DNA from: Lama guanicoe
Lineage: Eukaryota
Assembly (NCBI GenBank): GCA_013239625.1
Contig: MU056050.1
Span: 4,907,366-4,971,365, forward strand
Direction: 5' to 3'
DNA: 64,000 nucleotides
Position 1 is the first letter of the stretch, and each line of letters starts with the position of its first letter. The translations under genes were made by a program, and so were the position numbers. Positions 1-11,640 of the stretch are shown piece after piece. Below the pieces are notes generated by a model. It had not been told where the DNA came from. It searched no databases and saw nothing but the letters and a program-made list of their open reading frames with translations.

Positions 1-1431
1 TGGAACAGTTATAACTGTCCTTGGTCCGGTTCTCAACCTGGACACCGATATACCTGTTAACCCTAGTGCATGTTCAACAAGCACAAATTTTCTTTTACTG
101 AACTTTCTAGTCACCAAGTGTCAGGGTGACAGATTACTCACTGTTGTGTGGAACACCTGGCATGCAATCGAGAGAAAGGAAGCAAATTTTTTGTTCTTAT
201 CTCTTGTAAACATGTCATTCACAGCTAAAAATTCAGTAAAATCAGATAAACAAGGATGTCTGAAACCAATGACAAGTGGGTTTTTTCATCAGTGCACCTG
301 AGAAGTTCATGGACAAGACACAGAGCGTTTAAAGTAGGAGAAGCAGGGACTGAGTATGGTCAGAAATAGCTGCCTTGACTTTATTCTCTCCATAAGTCCT
401 TACTAACTAGATTCACAAAGTTACACGTCCCAACTTCTGTTCACTGCGTGTGTGATACTTCCTTTTTCAAATCTACGTAGAGTAATGCATAAAACACTAG
501 GTTTCTAGTAAGAACATGTTAATATGAGGGGGAGAAAACTAGCTTGAGAAATGAAGGTTTTAGCAATTTTTATTTTTAAAGTGCAGAAACAGTTACAATC
601 AATCAATTGAACATTTGTTAAACTGCCTTTAAGAACATGATACTGTTTTAGGGATGAGACAGTTATCCAGAAAGTGGAAGACATGCTCCCTGACCTGAAG
701 AAGCTCAAAACCTATGAATTCTAAGCAATCTTTTAGCATTGTCATACATTTATAGAAAGCTTGTTTTATACATGGCTTCTCTCTCTCATGTAAATAACTT
801 AGAGTTTTGAGAATTCTTCTATAGGTTCACTTATTATTCTGTGCTTTTACATAGGCCACAGGTCCAAGTCTATCCCAGAAATATAACTCCATACAGTACT
901 ATCTTGCTATAGGACAGTGCAGTACTATTATAAGCTCTTACTGAGTACTGTGCCTGCAAGATGCCAGACTGTGCACCATGTGACATCCATGCCATAGAGA
1001 TGCTACTGCTGAGGAGGTAGCAGTCTGGTGGAAGAAACAGATAAATATACAGAAAAAAGAGAGAGATTCAGCATTAAAAAAAATCTATATCCTAGACAGT
1101 GTGCTGAACATTTTACATATGCAATCTGTAATGACAACATGACCTGCTGAGTCACACGTGACCCTCTCTGAGATCTACTGGATCAGGATTGCTGCCCCAA
1201 GTCAAGCTTCATATTTACAAGAAGCAGAAACCTCTTTGTGGTAAAGACAGGTTAACCTAGTGGCCTAGCTGTACATAAAAGGAAAATGTCTGTAGACATT
1301 GGTGGGGAATATCCTTAAATAATTCTATCTTGAGATTTTATCCATCTAGATGTGAGGGCTGTACATGGATGTACAGTTACACAGCTCTGACACTTCTGGA
1401 TTTTCTGCAACTTACCTAGATTGATATATGT

Positions 1432-2266
1432 ATTTTTTTAATATTGAGGTATAGTTGATTTGCAATATTAGTTTCAGGTATACAGTATAGTGATTCAAAA
1501 TTTTTATAGATTATACTCTATTTACACTTTTAGAATAGTGGCTATATTCCGTATGCTGTACAGCATATCCTTGTAGCTTATTTATTTTATGCATCTTAGA
1601 TTATACATTATATCTCTTAATCCTCTACCCCTATCTTGCCCCTCCCCACTTCCCTCTCCTGGCTGGTAACAACTGCTTTGTTCTTTGTATCTGTGAGTCT
1701 GTTTCTGTTTTGTTATATTCACTAGCTTATTATTATTATTATTATTTTTGGATTTCACATATAAGTAATAACATACAGTATTTGTCTTTCTCTGTCTGAC
1801 TTATTTCACTAAGCATAATATCCTCCAGGTCTATCCATGCTGTTGCAAATGGCAAAATTTCATTCATTTTTGTGGCCGAGTATTATATATATATATATAT
1901 GGCATCTTCTTTATCTGTATATGTATATGTAAAGTGTATACACATATAATGTATATATAATGTGTGTGTGTATGTATATGTGTATATATATGTGCATATA
2001 TATATGTGTATATATATATGTGTGTGTATATATATGTGTGTATATATATATATAGCATCTTCTTTATCTATTTATGGGCATGTAGGTTGCTTCCGTAGCT
2101 TGGCAGTTGTCTACAGTGCTGCTGTAAACATTGGGGTGCATGTATCTTTTCAAATTACTGGTTTCATTGTCTTCCAGTATATACCCTGGAGTGAAATTGC
2201 TGGATCATCTGGTAGTTCTATTTTTAGTTTTTCCAGGACCCTCCATAATATTTTCCACAGTGGCTG
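1432..2266 (-). mobile_element. 5'-truncated L1 3' end (cetartiodactyl/camelid type) with internal microsatellite
   Basis: Poly-T head and typical L1 3'UTR/ORF2 C-terminus in antisense (ORF 2150..2371: QPLWKILWRVLEKLKIELPDDPAISLQGIY). Degenerate 15-bp TSD tagattgatatatgt (1417-1431) / tagattagtatctgt (2267-2281). Confidence 0.9.
1884..2053. repeat. Compound (TA)n/(TG)n microsatellite inside the L1
   Basis: Direct inspection of alternating TA/TG runs. Confidence 0.95.
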
Positions 2267-2734
2267 TAGATTAGTATCTGTTTTTAGGAACCAACATTTA
2301 ACAGGGGACATGGTGGTTAACAAGAGAACAAACAAAAATAAAAAATACAACTTTCGTGAATCCCTGTACATCCCAATTAAAACAGGTAATCTTACTAATG
2401 TGTAAAAGGTAAGCTTTGTTGTTTTAGACTTGTTCCCAGCCCCATTCCTGTATGTCCTAAGCTAACATTGTTTGGTCTAAAAGAAGTTTCTCAGATCAAG
2501 GAGATTTTCACTATCATTTTTTTTTTCCTTTCACATGAGTGTGCTTGTCTGTTCCTGATCAAATGCTGCTGAACAGGGACACTGGAATGGAAGATAAAAT
2601 TCTGGTTTGAGATTGTGACTATATGATGCCAAATAGCGTTACTCATATTTTGTGTCCTGTTACTTATTTTGCGTACCCAATGGTGTGGGGTTATATGGGG
2701 CATTTAGTCAATTAATTAATTAATCAGTATGACT

Positions 2735-2850
2735 AAACACTGAACTAGGAGCCAGATGATCTGCAAGGTGACTTGGGAAAGTCATTGCATCTCCCTCGCT
2801 TTGGTTCAATTCTCTGCAAAATCAGTGTACTTTCTAAGGTCTCTTCTAGT
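2735..2850 (+). mobile_element. MIR fragment
   Basis: MIR core-like gtgacttgggaaagtcattgcatctccctcg...tctctgcaaaat. Confidence 0.65.
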
Positions 2851-3528
2851 CCTTTATCTCAATTATCCTAATGACTCCATATACCCAGAAACACACTCTC
2901 ATCTGTAAATAATTTTTAAACGACATTTAATTGGCTATTCAAGGGCAAAACTATTTCTTCTTTTAGATTCCATCTTATTTTCAATCTCATTTAGAAATTT
3001 GAAGTCTGGCTCATAGTCCCCTACATTAAAATATAAATAATAATACAGACTAATTATCAGATCAGAGAAAGAGAAAGCCCTAGAAACTGACTCTTGGAGG
3101 TCTCTCTATGAAACCATCTCAGCAGGCTCACCAGTTTAGCTCTATAATGAACGAATCCCAAGAATGTACATAGCCCTTCCAATTGAGTTTTAGAATTTCC
3201 TCTTAACTATGAAAGTACATCCAAGAATTAACAAATCATTGCAGAAAACATCTAACATTAAAAAAATTTGAAAAACACTATCAATCTCATCCGTGGAAAG
3301 GCATTCAAAAGATCACGAATCAAAGTGGTATCAGACTTTTCAACAGCAGTACTGAAACTCAGACGATAAAGGAGTGTAGCGTTTAAGATTCTAAGGAAAA
3401 GTGATTTACAGTATAAAATTCAATACCCAATCGTACTATCAATTGTGAGTGACATGAAAATAAAAACACCTTGAGACATGAAAACAGATCAACAGCTTCT
3501 CTTGCACTCTTTCCAAGGAACAATTTGA

Positions 3529-4283
3529 TCCAGCAATTCCACTTCTGGGACTATATCCAAAGGAAACAAAAACATTAACTCAAAAAGATATCTGCACCCT
3601 CATGTTCATAGCAGCATTGTTTACAGTAGCCAAAACATGGAAACAACTCAAGTGTCCATTTATGGGTAAATGGATTTTGAAGTTTTGTTATATATATATA
3701 TATATAAATATATATTTATATATTTATATATACATGTGTATGTATATGTAAAAATATTATTAAGTTATAAAAATGAGGAAATCCTGCCATTTGTGACAAC
3801 ATGGATGGTTCTCAAAGACATGATGCTAGGTGATATAAGTCAGACAGGGAAAGATAAATACAGTATGATCTCACTTATATGTGGAATCTAAAACAGCAAC
3901 AACTCATGGAGAAAGGGGTCAGATTTGTGGTTACCAGAGGCAGAGGGTGGATTGGAGGCAGGTGGTCAAAAGGTACAAACTTCTAGCTGTAAGACAAATA
4001 AGTACTAGGAGTGTAACGTGCAACATGATGACTACAGTTAACGTTGCTGGATGATATATAGGAAAATTGTTAATAGAGCACATCCTAAGAGTTCTCATCA
4101 CAAGGACAATTTTTTTCTTTTCTTCCTTTTTATGTTATGTATATGAGATGATGGATGTTAGCAGGACCTATTGTAATTATTTCACAATATATGTAAATCA
4201 AATCATCATTGCTGTATGCCTTAAACTTATACAGTAATGCATATTAATTCTTTCTCAGTAAACCTGAGAAAAAATGTAAAAAT
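3529..4283 (+). mobile_element. L1MA-type 3' end nested in HAL1
   Basis: ccagcaattccacttctggg...atcctgccatttgtgacaacatggatg...A tail. Perfect 10-bp flanking repeat aacaatttga (3519-3528, 4284-4293). Confidence 0.9.
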
Positions 4284-4474
4284 AACAATTTGAGAATATA
4301 CTCAAGAAAATGGGGATATAAACCAAGATATGAGATGCAAGGTAAGGGGAAATCAAAGTGAATTTTTAGATGAATATCCAGGATGATGGCTAAAGGAACT
4401 CCATAAAAGCTATACTGTAGTCCAGATTATAGCACAGGACAGAAGGCTCCAGGAGGGATGCTTTCCAGATTTAG

Positions 4475-4615
4475 GAGAAAGAGAAGGAGGTAGAGGAAGG
4501 AAGGAGGAGGAGGGGAAAAAAGAAGGGAGGATGGGGAGGGAGGAGGAGGAGGAAGAAGACTAAGAAGAAGGAGGAAGAGAAGAAAAGAAAACGAGGACGG
4601 AAAGGAAGAAGAAAT
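4475..4615. repeat. Purine-rich (GGA/GAA) low-complexity tract
   Basis: Direct inspection. Confidence 0.9.
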
Positions 4616-7292
4616 CAAACAGATAGTTTGCTGTATCTGAATGTACTGGAAACAGATTTGTGTTGTTAGAAGTGTAGTTATGAACAACGTATAGGTTTAG
4701 AAACAAGGACATTAAAAAAAAAGGAGAGGCCATTTTTAATTCCTGGGAAAATAAAACACTGTCATAACAATGTACAAAGTGAATTATTTTTTGATGAAAA
4801 ATACTGATATAAGTATAATGGAATCAGAGAAGGAGGAGGATTTGTGCGTTTTTTGGAGGTAGACTAGGTAAAACTAAATCCTCGTTTTCCATAATAAAAT
4901 ATCAAAAAATAATGTAAGAACAGAAAAAGATGAATACTAGCAGTATAAGCATGTTATTTAGTATTGTGGGAATCATCACTGAGTTGGAAAACTGTATCTC
5001 GTGAAGAAGGATCGGTTATGAGGACGGATAGGGAAGGAAACTGCTCAATGTCTTTTCCAGTGTAACCATGTAGTTACCAAACAAGTTGACTTTTTTTTTT
5101 AACTCTGTGAATGTATAATTTTATTAAAAAATGAAATTAAATTTAAAGGAAAACTGCCAATTGTGCAATTTTGTCTAAAGTTTATTCTGTTTATTCATTT
5201 TCTGAGTGGTTGTAGATAATTCATTTTGTTTTTATTCCCTGTGTGGCTTTTGCTTTTGTTTTTGTTCTGTTTGTTTTTAAGCAGCAGGCACTCCATTAAC
5301 AAAATAAATGTGTAGATATTTCCCACAGTGAACTTGGCCCATAAAAATATAGTGTATATTATCAAATTCATTAATAAGAATCATGTTTATAATTATATAA
5401 TCAATGAAAAACCTCTCTCAGATGCACCACTTCATTGTTACGGTCTTATTTCAGGCCTCCGTCAGCTCTTGCCGATACAATCATAATAAGCCCTGAGTGG
5501 TCTTGCTTTTATATTTTGCAAGTTTATAGTGTTCTTTTTGAAAGCAGACATGTACACATGAAATAATAGTTTTTCACATGACAGTGTTTTATTGGGATTT
5601 CATAAACATAGACCCACTTTATTCAATGTATTCCCAGGGTGACAGGTTTCAACTAGGTACAGAGAGTTAATTAAGCTAACTAATGATTATTAGTTCATAA
5701 TAGAACAGCAAATGGAGCCCTAATTAATGCGTGCGCTAATAGCTGCTCCATTTCCAGGCATTAGTCCCAAGTTCTTTTTAATCAGTTATATATGGCTGGG
5801 TATAATCAGAGGATGTAATAGTAATACTGGAAATATCAGCAGTAAATACACTACATAATTATATTTCATTCCCTGCCCACATAAGACATTAAGCACCAAA
5901 TTTGTGTGGCTTGTATTATGTATTGTGCAAAGAGGTATTTGTAATGACACTACTTTTATTTTGGTTTATATCATTTTTAATGTTTATTTTTGGTGAGGAG
6001 GTAATTTAGATGTTAAAATGAAATTACTAAGGTTCACTCCAGCTCACCACTGCTGACGCATTTATACACACACACAAACACATGCATACCCATACGTTCA
6101 CCTTACACATCGTTCTGACCGGGAAAAAGAAAAATGTTTTTACTTTTTGCTTTTTTTTCTGTAACTTAATTTTTCCTAAAGTATCATTCCCAAACTGAGT
6201 CGTTTGTTTTCTTGTCTCTCAACTTGTAAAAGTTTTTATAAAAACGTATCTCTTTAAATACCTTGGAATGGTACCTCATTATGTGATACAGCATATCTGA
6301 TTAGATTTGTCACATGGCATCACACGATGTCCATAGTGAATAGAATGGGACTGAAGTAACTGGTTTGCTGGCCTGTAAAATCCAATGTAGGCTCTGGAAA
6401 TGGAAAAAAAGAAAGGCAGCAAGTTAAAACATAATGACTATTTCTGAAGTTTGAGTTCCTACATGTCTGTTGATAACACGAGAGAGCCAGAGTTTCCAAA
6501 CAAAGCTGCTCCAGCCATCCATGAGAAAGGCTACAGATTCAACATTTTGTCTAATCAGGGTTTGTTCAAAGATTATATCACTCTGAGTAGCCTGTACTAA
6601 TGACCAAACTTACATCTATTCTATAGAGAAGCATTTTTCACTTTGGTTTTGTCCTTAGTCTATTGCGTGATAACATAGTACTATCTAAAAACAGGGTTTC
6701 AAAGTCTTTTGTAAATAGTCTCCTAAATGCAAGCTCCCTGGAACTAAGCCTAATGAAAACTGCAATTTGGTTACTTGATTCCAGGAAACACATCTCTAAA
6801 ATATATTTCTATTCTTTAAAGGACATGTAACCTTGTCAAACCCACAGAAAACTGAATTTAGGGAAAATCTGAAAGGCTAGACTTTAATATGCTACAAAGT
6901 AAGAAATTTCATCCCTGAGATCATTTTGCAGTTACGTTGCTGTAGTTGTCAGACATATATATCTCTGGGATGGTGCTTCCAATCTGCAATCATGTGACCT
7001 TTCAGAGCCACTCACTTAATGTCAAATGGGGATTTTATAATATATATGTGACATGTGGTTTTATACACAGGATTTTTACCACTGAGTTGATAAAATCTAA
7101 GTCAGAAACAAAGAAATTCCTCCTCTTGTTTAGCGTATGTAATTAGATGTGATACTTATTATATTTAAAGATTTAAAGTATTTAATATAGCATGTAGATA
7201 TCTATTATTATCTTTGGGAACTTTAGGGGTGTAGGGACCCTGGGTTTAGAATCCAGTGCTTTGCTTCTTTCTGTTAGTCTGTTGAAATAACT

Positions 7293-8595
7293 TTTTTTTT
7301 TTGCTGATTTATTTATTTATTTTAACATTTTTTTATTGCAATATAGTCAGTTTATAATGTGTCAATTTTCTGTGTAGAGCACAATTTTTCGGTTATACAT
7401 GAACATACATATATTCATTGTCATATTCTTTTTCACTGTGAGCTACCACAAGATCTTGTATATATTTTCCTGTGCTATACAGTATAATCTTGTTTATCTA
7501 TTCTACATATGCCTGTCAGTATCTACAAATTTTGAACTCCCAGTCTGTCCCTTCCCACTCCCCTCCTGCCCCTTGGCAACCACAAGTTTGTATTCTATGT
7601 CTGTGAGTCTGTTTCTGTTTTGTAATTTTTTTTTTTTTGGATTCCACATATGAGTGATCTCATATGGTATTTTTCTTTCTCTTTCTGGCTTACTTCACTT
7701 AGAATGACATTCTCCAGGGACATCCATGTTGCTACAAATGGCATTGTGTTGTCATTTTTTATGGCTGAATAGTATTTCATTGTACAAATATACCACTTCT
7801 TTTTTATCCAGTCATCTGTCGATGGATATTTAGGCTGTTTCGATGTCTTGGCTATTGTAAATAGTGCTGCTATGAATATTGGGGTGCAGGTGTCATTTTG
7901 AAGTAGGGTTCCTTATGGATATATGCCCAGGAGCAGGATGACTGGGTCATGTGGTAAGTGTATTCCTAGTCTTTTGAGGAATCTCCATACTGTTTTCCAC
8001 AGTGGCTGTACCAAACTGCATTCCCACCAGCAGTGTAGGAGGGTTCCCTTTTCTCCACAGCCTCTCCAGCATTTGTCATTTGTGGACTTTTGAATGTCGG
8101 CCATTCTGACTGGTGTGAGGTGATACCTCATTGTAGTTTTGATTTGCATTTCTCTGATAATTAGTGATATTGATCATTTTTTCATGTTCCTAGTGATCAT
8201 TTGTATTTCTTGGAGAATTTCTTGTTAGGTCTTCTGCCCATTTTTGGATTGGGTTGTTTGTTTTTTTCCTATTAAGTTGTATGAGCTGCTTATATATTCT
8301 TGAGATCTAGCCTCTGTCAGTTTCATTTGCAAAAATTTTCTCCCATTCCGTAGGTTGTCTTTTTGTTTTACTTATGATTTCCTCTGCTGTGCAGAAGCTT
8401 GTAAGTTTCATTAGTTCCCATTTGTTTATTCTTGCTTTTATTTCTATTGCTTGGGTAGACTGTTCTAGGAGAACATTTTTGAGATGTATGCCAGATAATG
8501 TTTTGCCCATGTTTTCTTCTAGGGGGTTTTTTGTATCTTGTCTTATGTTTAAGTCTTTGATCCATTTTGAGTTTATTTTTGTGTATGGTATAAGG
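7293..8595 (-). mobile_element. Young camelid-type L1, 5'-truncated (ORF2 C-terminus plus 3'UTR)
   Basis: Well-preserved ORF2 peptides [35 protein letters not shown] (7913..8149) and YTKINSKWIKDLNIR (8307..8630). Poly-T head. TSD tgaaataact (7283-7292) / tgagataact (8598-8607). Confidence 0.95.
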
Positions 8596-8734
8596 GATGA
8601 GATAACTGTTTTGAATAATGCTTTCATCACACTGGTATTTTTAATATGCCTATGTTGTAATACGTTTCCGTATGGAAGGGAGGTAATATCTGGCCATGAT
8701 TTTACACTTTTGGTCCTCTTGATATTTTATTTAT

Positions 8735-8830
8735 GTATGTATGTATGAATGTATGTATTTATATATTTTTACTTTTTTTAAATTGAAGTACAGTTAGTTA
8801 CAATGTGTCAGTGTCTGGTGTGCAGCATAA
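8735..8830 (-). mobile_element. Short L1 3'-tail insertion
   Basis: ttttaaattgaagtacagttagttacaatgtgtcagtgtctggtgtgcagca; reverse complement of the tail type at 51651-51766. Confidence 0.75.
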
Positions 8831-9189
8831 CCCTCTTGATATTTATAAATGTAGTAAATATCCCATGTGTTGAAGAAAGTAATCGGCTAAGCCTAGTCTC
8901 AAAGGGTGGAAAGCTGTCCTCTGCCCATAAAAATAGGGTAGGGAGAGAGTCAATATTTAAGAACAGTGATCTAATATAATGCAAATGATAATTAGCACTG
9001 TGCATTAAATAATCAAAGTGTTCTGATTTTTCCAAAAACAAAAAGCTGATTGCATTGCTACTACCTCAGAAGAGATGACTTATTTAACTAATATGTAAAA
9101 TAAGGTATTTTGGATAATTTTGTGTTTTTTTTCCTATTCAGTTTTGCTAGTTGCTTCTGGAGCCAATTTTAAACCCAGCTCACATACCT

Positions 9190-9510
9190 TTCTATCTATC
9201 ATTCAATCATTCATTTACTTACTTATCAAATATTTGCCTGTCACCACACATATGCAAGACACATGGATAAAAGAAACTAACATGCATTGAGTCCCTACTT
9301 ATAATCAGCACTATGCTTAGTACATTCAACATACAAGAATTATTGTCTTCATTTTATAAACAAAGAAACTTGCACAGGAGTTAAGTAACATGTGTAAGGT
9401 TTTTCTATTAATAGGTACAAGACAAAACACAAATAAGACATGATGCCTGCTTTCAAGGAGCTTGGAATCTAATGGGAAGGTTAGACAGTTCCCTAAATAA
9501 TTAGAATGTA
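9190..9510 (-). mobile_element. L2 and MIR fragments
   Basis: cattcaatcattcatt..caaatattt (L2 3' end), attgtcttcattttataaacaaagaaac (MIR), cctgctttcaaggagcttggaatctaatgggaag (L2). Confidence 0.65.
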
Positions 9511-9699
9511 AACCAGATGTACCTCCTGCCATAACAAACATAGGGAAGTTTTTATGTGCCAAGTCACCAAAGGTTACTAGATAGCATTGACTTAGCAGCA
9601 TGTTTCCTTTAGTATGCAAGGTAGTATTTTCTGTCATCATGATTTGTGTCACTTATTTTTCCCAATACATGGGTTAGAGAGGAACATAGACTTTTCTGT

Positions 9700-9850
9700 T
9701 GGGGTTATTTTTATTTTTTTATTTCTGTTCACATTTTTTATTAAAGTACAGTCGGTTTACAATATTTTGTCAATTTCTGATGTACAGCAAAATGTTTCAG
9801 TCATACTTATACATACATATATTCCTTTTCATATTCATTTTCATTATAGG
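9700..9850 (-). mobile_element. Short L1 3'-tail insertion
   Basis: tttttattaaagtacagtcggtttacaatatt..tcaatttctgatgtacagca..tcattatagg; flanks share gactttt. Confidence 0.8.
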
Positions 9851-11009
9851 GAAATATCGACTTTTGACATTATTCACAATACTAGGCTTTAGCATGAAAA
9901 TGAAAACTAATTATTTTTATTATTTGTTGACAGAGCCATAAATAATTTCTTTTAAGTGGATCTCACCCTCCCTCCACATCTGTATTTGTAATTCTCAAAG
10001 TTGATTACCTTTTTTGAGAACATGAATGTGATACACAAGATGAATATTTCTTTATCTTCCTTTTCTATATCTACTAAAACCCTCTCTCTATCTCATCTCT
10101 AGTCACAGAAAACTACTTCCTTCAGTAGATTGAGGCTGGACCGTGGGAATCAAGGATTACTTCATAACTGTACTCCTGATTTTTATTGAAACAACCTTTC
10201 TCCTCATTAATAAAGTTAACTTGTAATGGAGTGTTTTGTAATCTAGCAGGATTTTTTGGCAAAAGAGGGGTGGTGTAAACAAAACTTTCAAGGGTAGGAG
10301 TCATTGAAATTTAGAGCTGTGCAGATTGTTTTTTCACTTCAGATTGAAATAATTCATTAGGAATTCACAGTGAAGTAAAATATAATAAAATATTAGCATC
10401 ATTCCCCTCTTCCTCAAGCTTTAGGAGTAAAATGATAAAATTAGACTCCTTTCATGAAATGCCTTTTGGAAAGCTACAAGCAAGTGAGAAATAATACGGC
10501 CCTCAGGAAAAGTTTTCTACTATTTGTTTTTGTCAAATGAAGAGAGAACACAAACACAAGTGACAGTGATTATAAGCAAATTCTGAAAATACTACTCTGA
10601 CTACATCTGAGTGATTAAATATCACCCCTGGCTAACTCAGATTTCCAGGAAATTTTGCAATGGAATGGATCCCTGGCACAGAAAATAATATGTCTATATA
10701 TTCTGTTGGCGGAAACATTGAGACAAAATGTGGATTATAAATGAGCCAAGTTGCTAGAGAACATTCCATTCAGCAGTCTAGAATAGTAATAGCTCAAGCA
10801 CACAGGGGCCTGGTGCAGAGGAGCAGTAGGGTGGCAGGGACCTACCGCTGACTTGAGCGTCGGGAACCGAGTCCTGACTGCTGTGAAGGAATTAAACTTG
10901 ATTATCCTTAAGATGCTTTCCCGATACATGATTCTGTGGTACTAATGTTAGGAATACCAATAGCATTGAATATATGTGAAAAATCTGTATGGTTTAGAAT
11001 AATTGTTTA

Positions 11010-11640
11010 GGAATGAGTCAAGTCCTATATAAGCACTTATAAGCCACATAGACGCGAACAAGTTTCTTAACTCCTCTGAGTCACAATTTCCTCAGTTGTA
11101 ATGGGGGATAAAAATAGCTGCCTCAAAGGGTTTTGTGAGGTTCCCGTGAAATGGTGTATGTTAAATACCCAGTATAGACCCTGACTCAGAAGAAGCATTT
11201 AAAAAATGAAAGGAATTTCTTTATCTACTTTAGTCCTTATAAAGGCTGAGCTACGAATCCCTGTTTAATATCGGATTACTTACATAACTGTTACACACAT
11301 AGTACCACCCTAGAGTTAGGTGCTCAATAGATTTTTACTCAATCAGTCAATAAGTATTAAAGCAGTTAGCTATTGTCAGTCTCCACCTATGTCTAGCCAG
11401 ATTTTGGCAACAGATTAACTTGGGCTTGAATCTTACTCTGCCACTTACTAGCTGGCTATATAACCTTGGACAAGCTGCCTAACTTCTCTGACTTTCAGTT
11501 TTTCTCACATGGGAAATGAAATTATTAAATATTATCTACCTTAGAGGATTTTTGTGCAGATTAAATGGCAAAATGGTAAATAAAGCATCTAGTGCAGTGC
11601 ACGGTCATAGAAAGCACACAAGAAGTCAATCATTATTGCC
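11010..11640 (+). mobile_element. Two MIR elements (~11010-11210 and ~11390-11640)
   Basis: MIR cores: tcttaactcctctgagtcacaatttcctcagttgtaatggggata; ctctgccacttactagctgg..accttggacaag..aacttctctgactttcagttttt. Confidence 0.8.

Larger units (their letters stand above)
3050..5145 (+). mobile_element. Old HAL1/L1ME ORF1-type element, interrupted by a younger L1
   Basis: ORF1-like tcagacttttcaacagcagtactgaaactcagacgataaaggag (~3330), resumes after 4293 and ends in an A-rich HAL1-like tail near 5145. Confidence 0.7.

Noticed and set aside
1962..2405. 147-aa ORF
   Set aside because: Read-through of a TA/TG microsatellite plus antisense L1 sequence.
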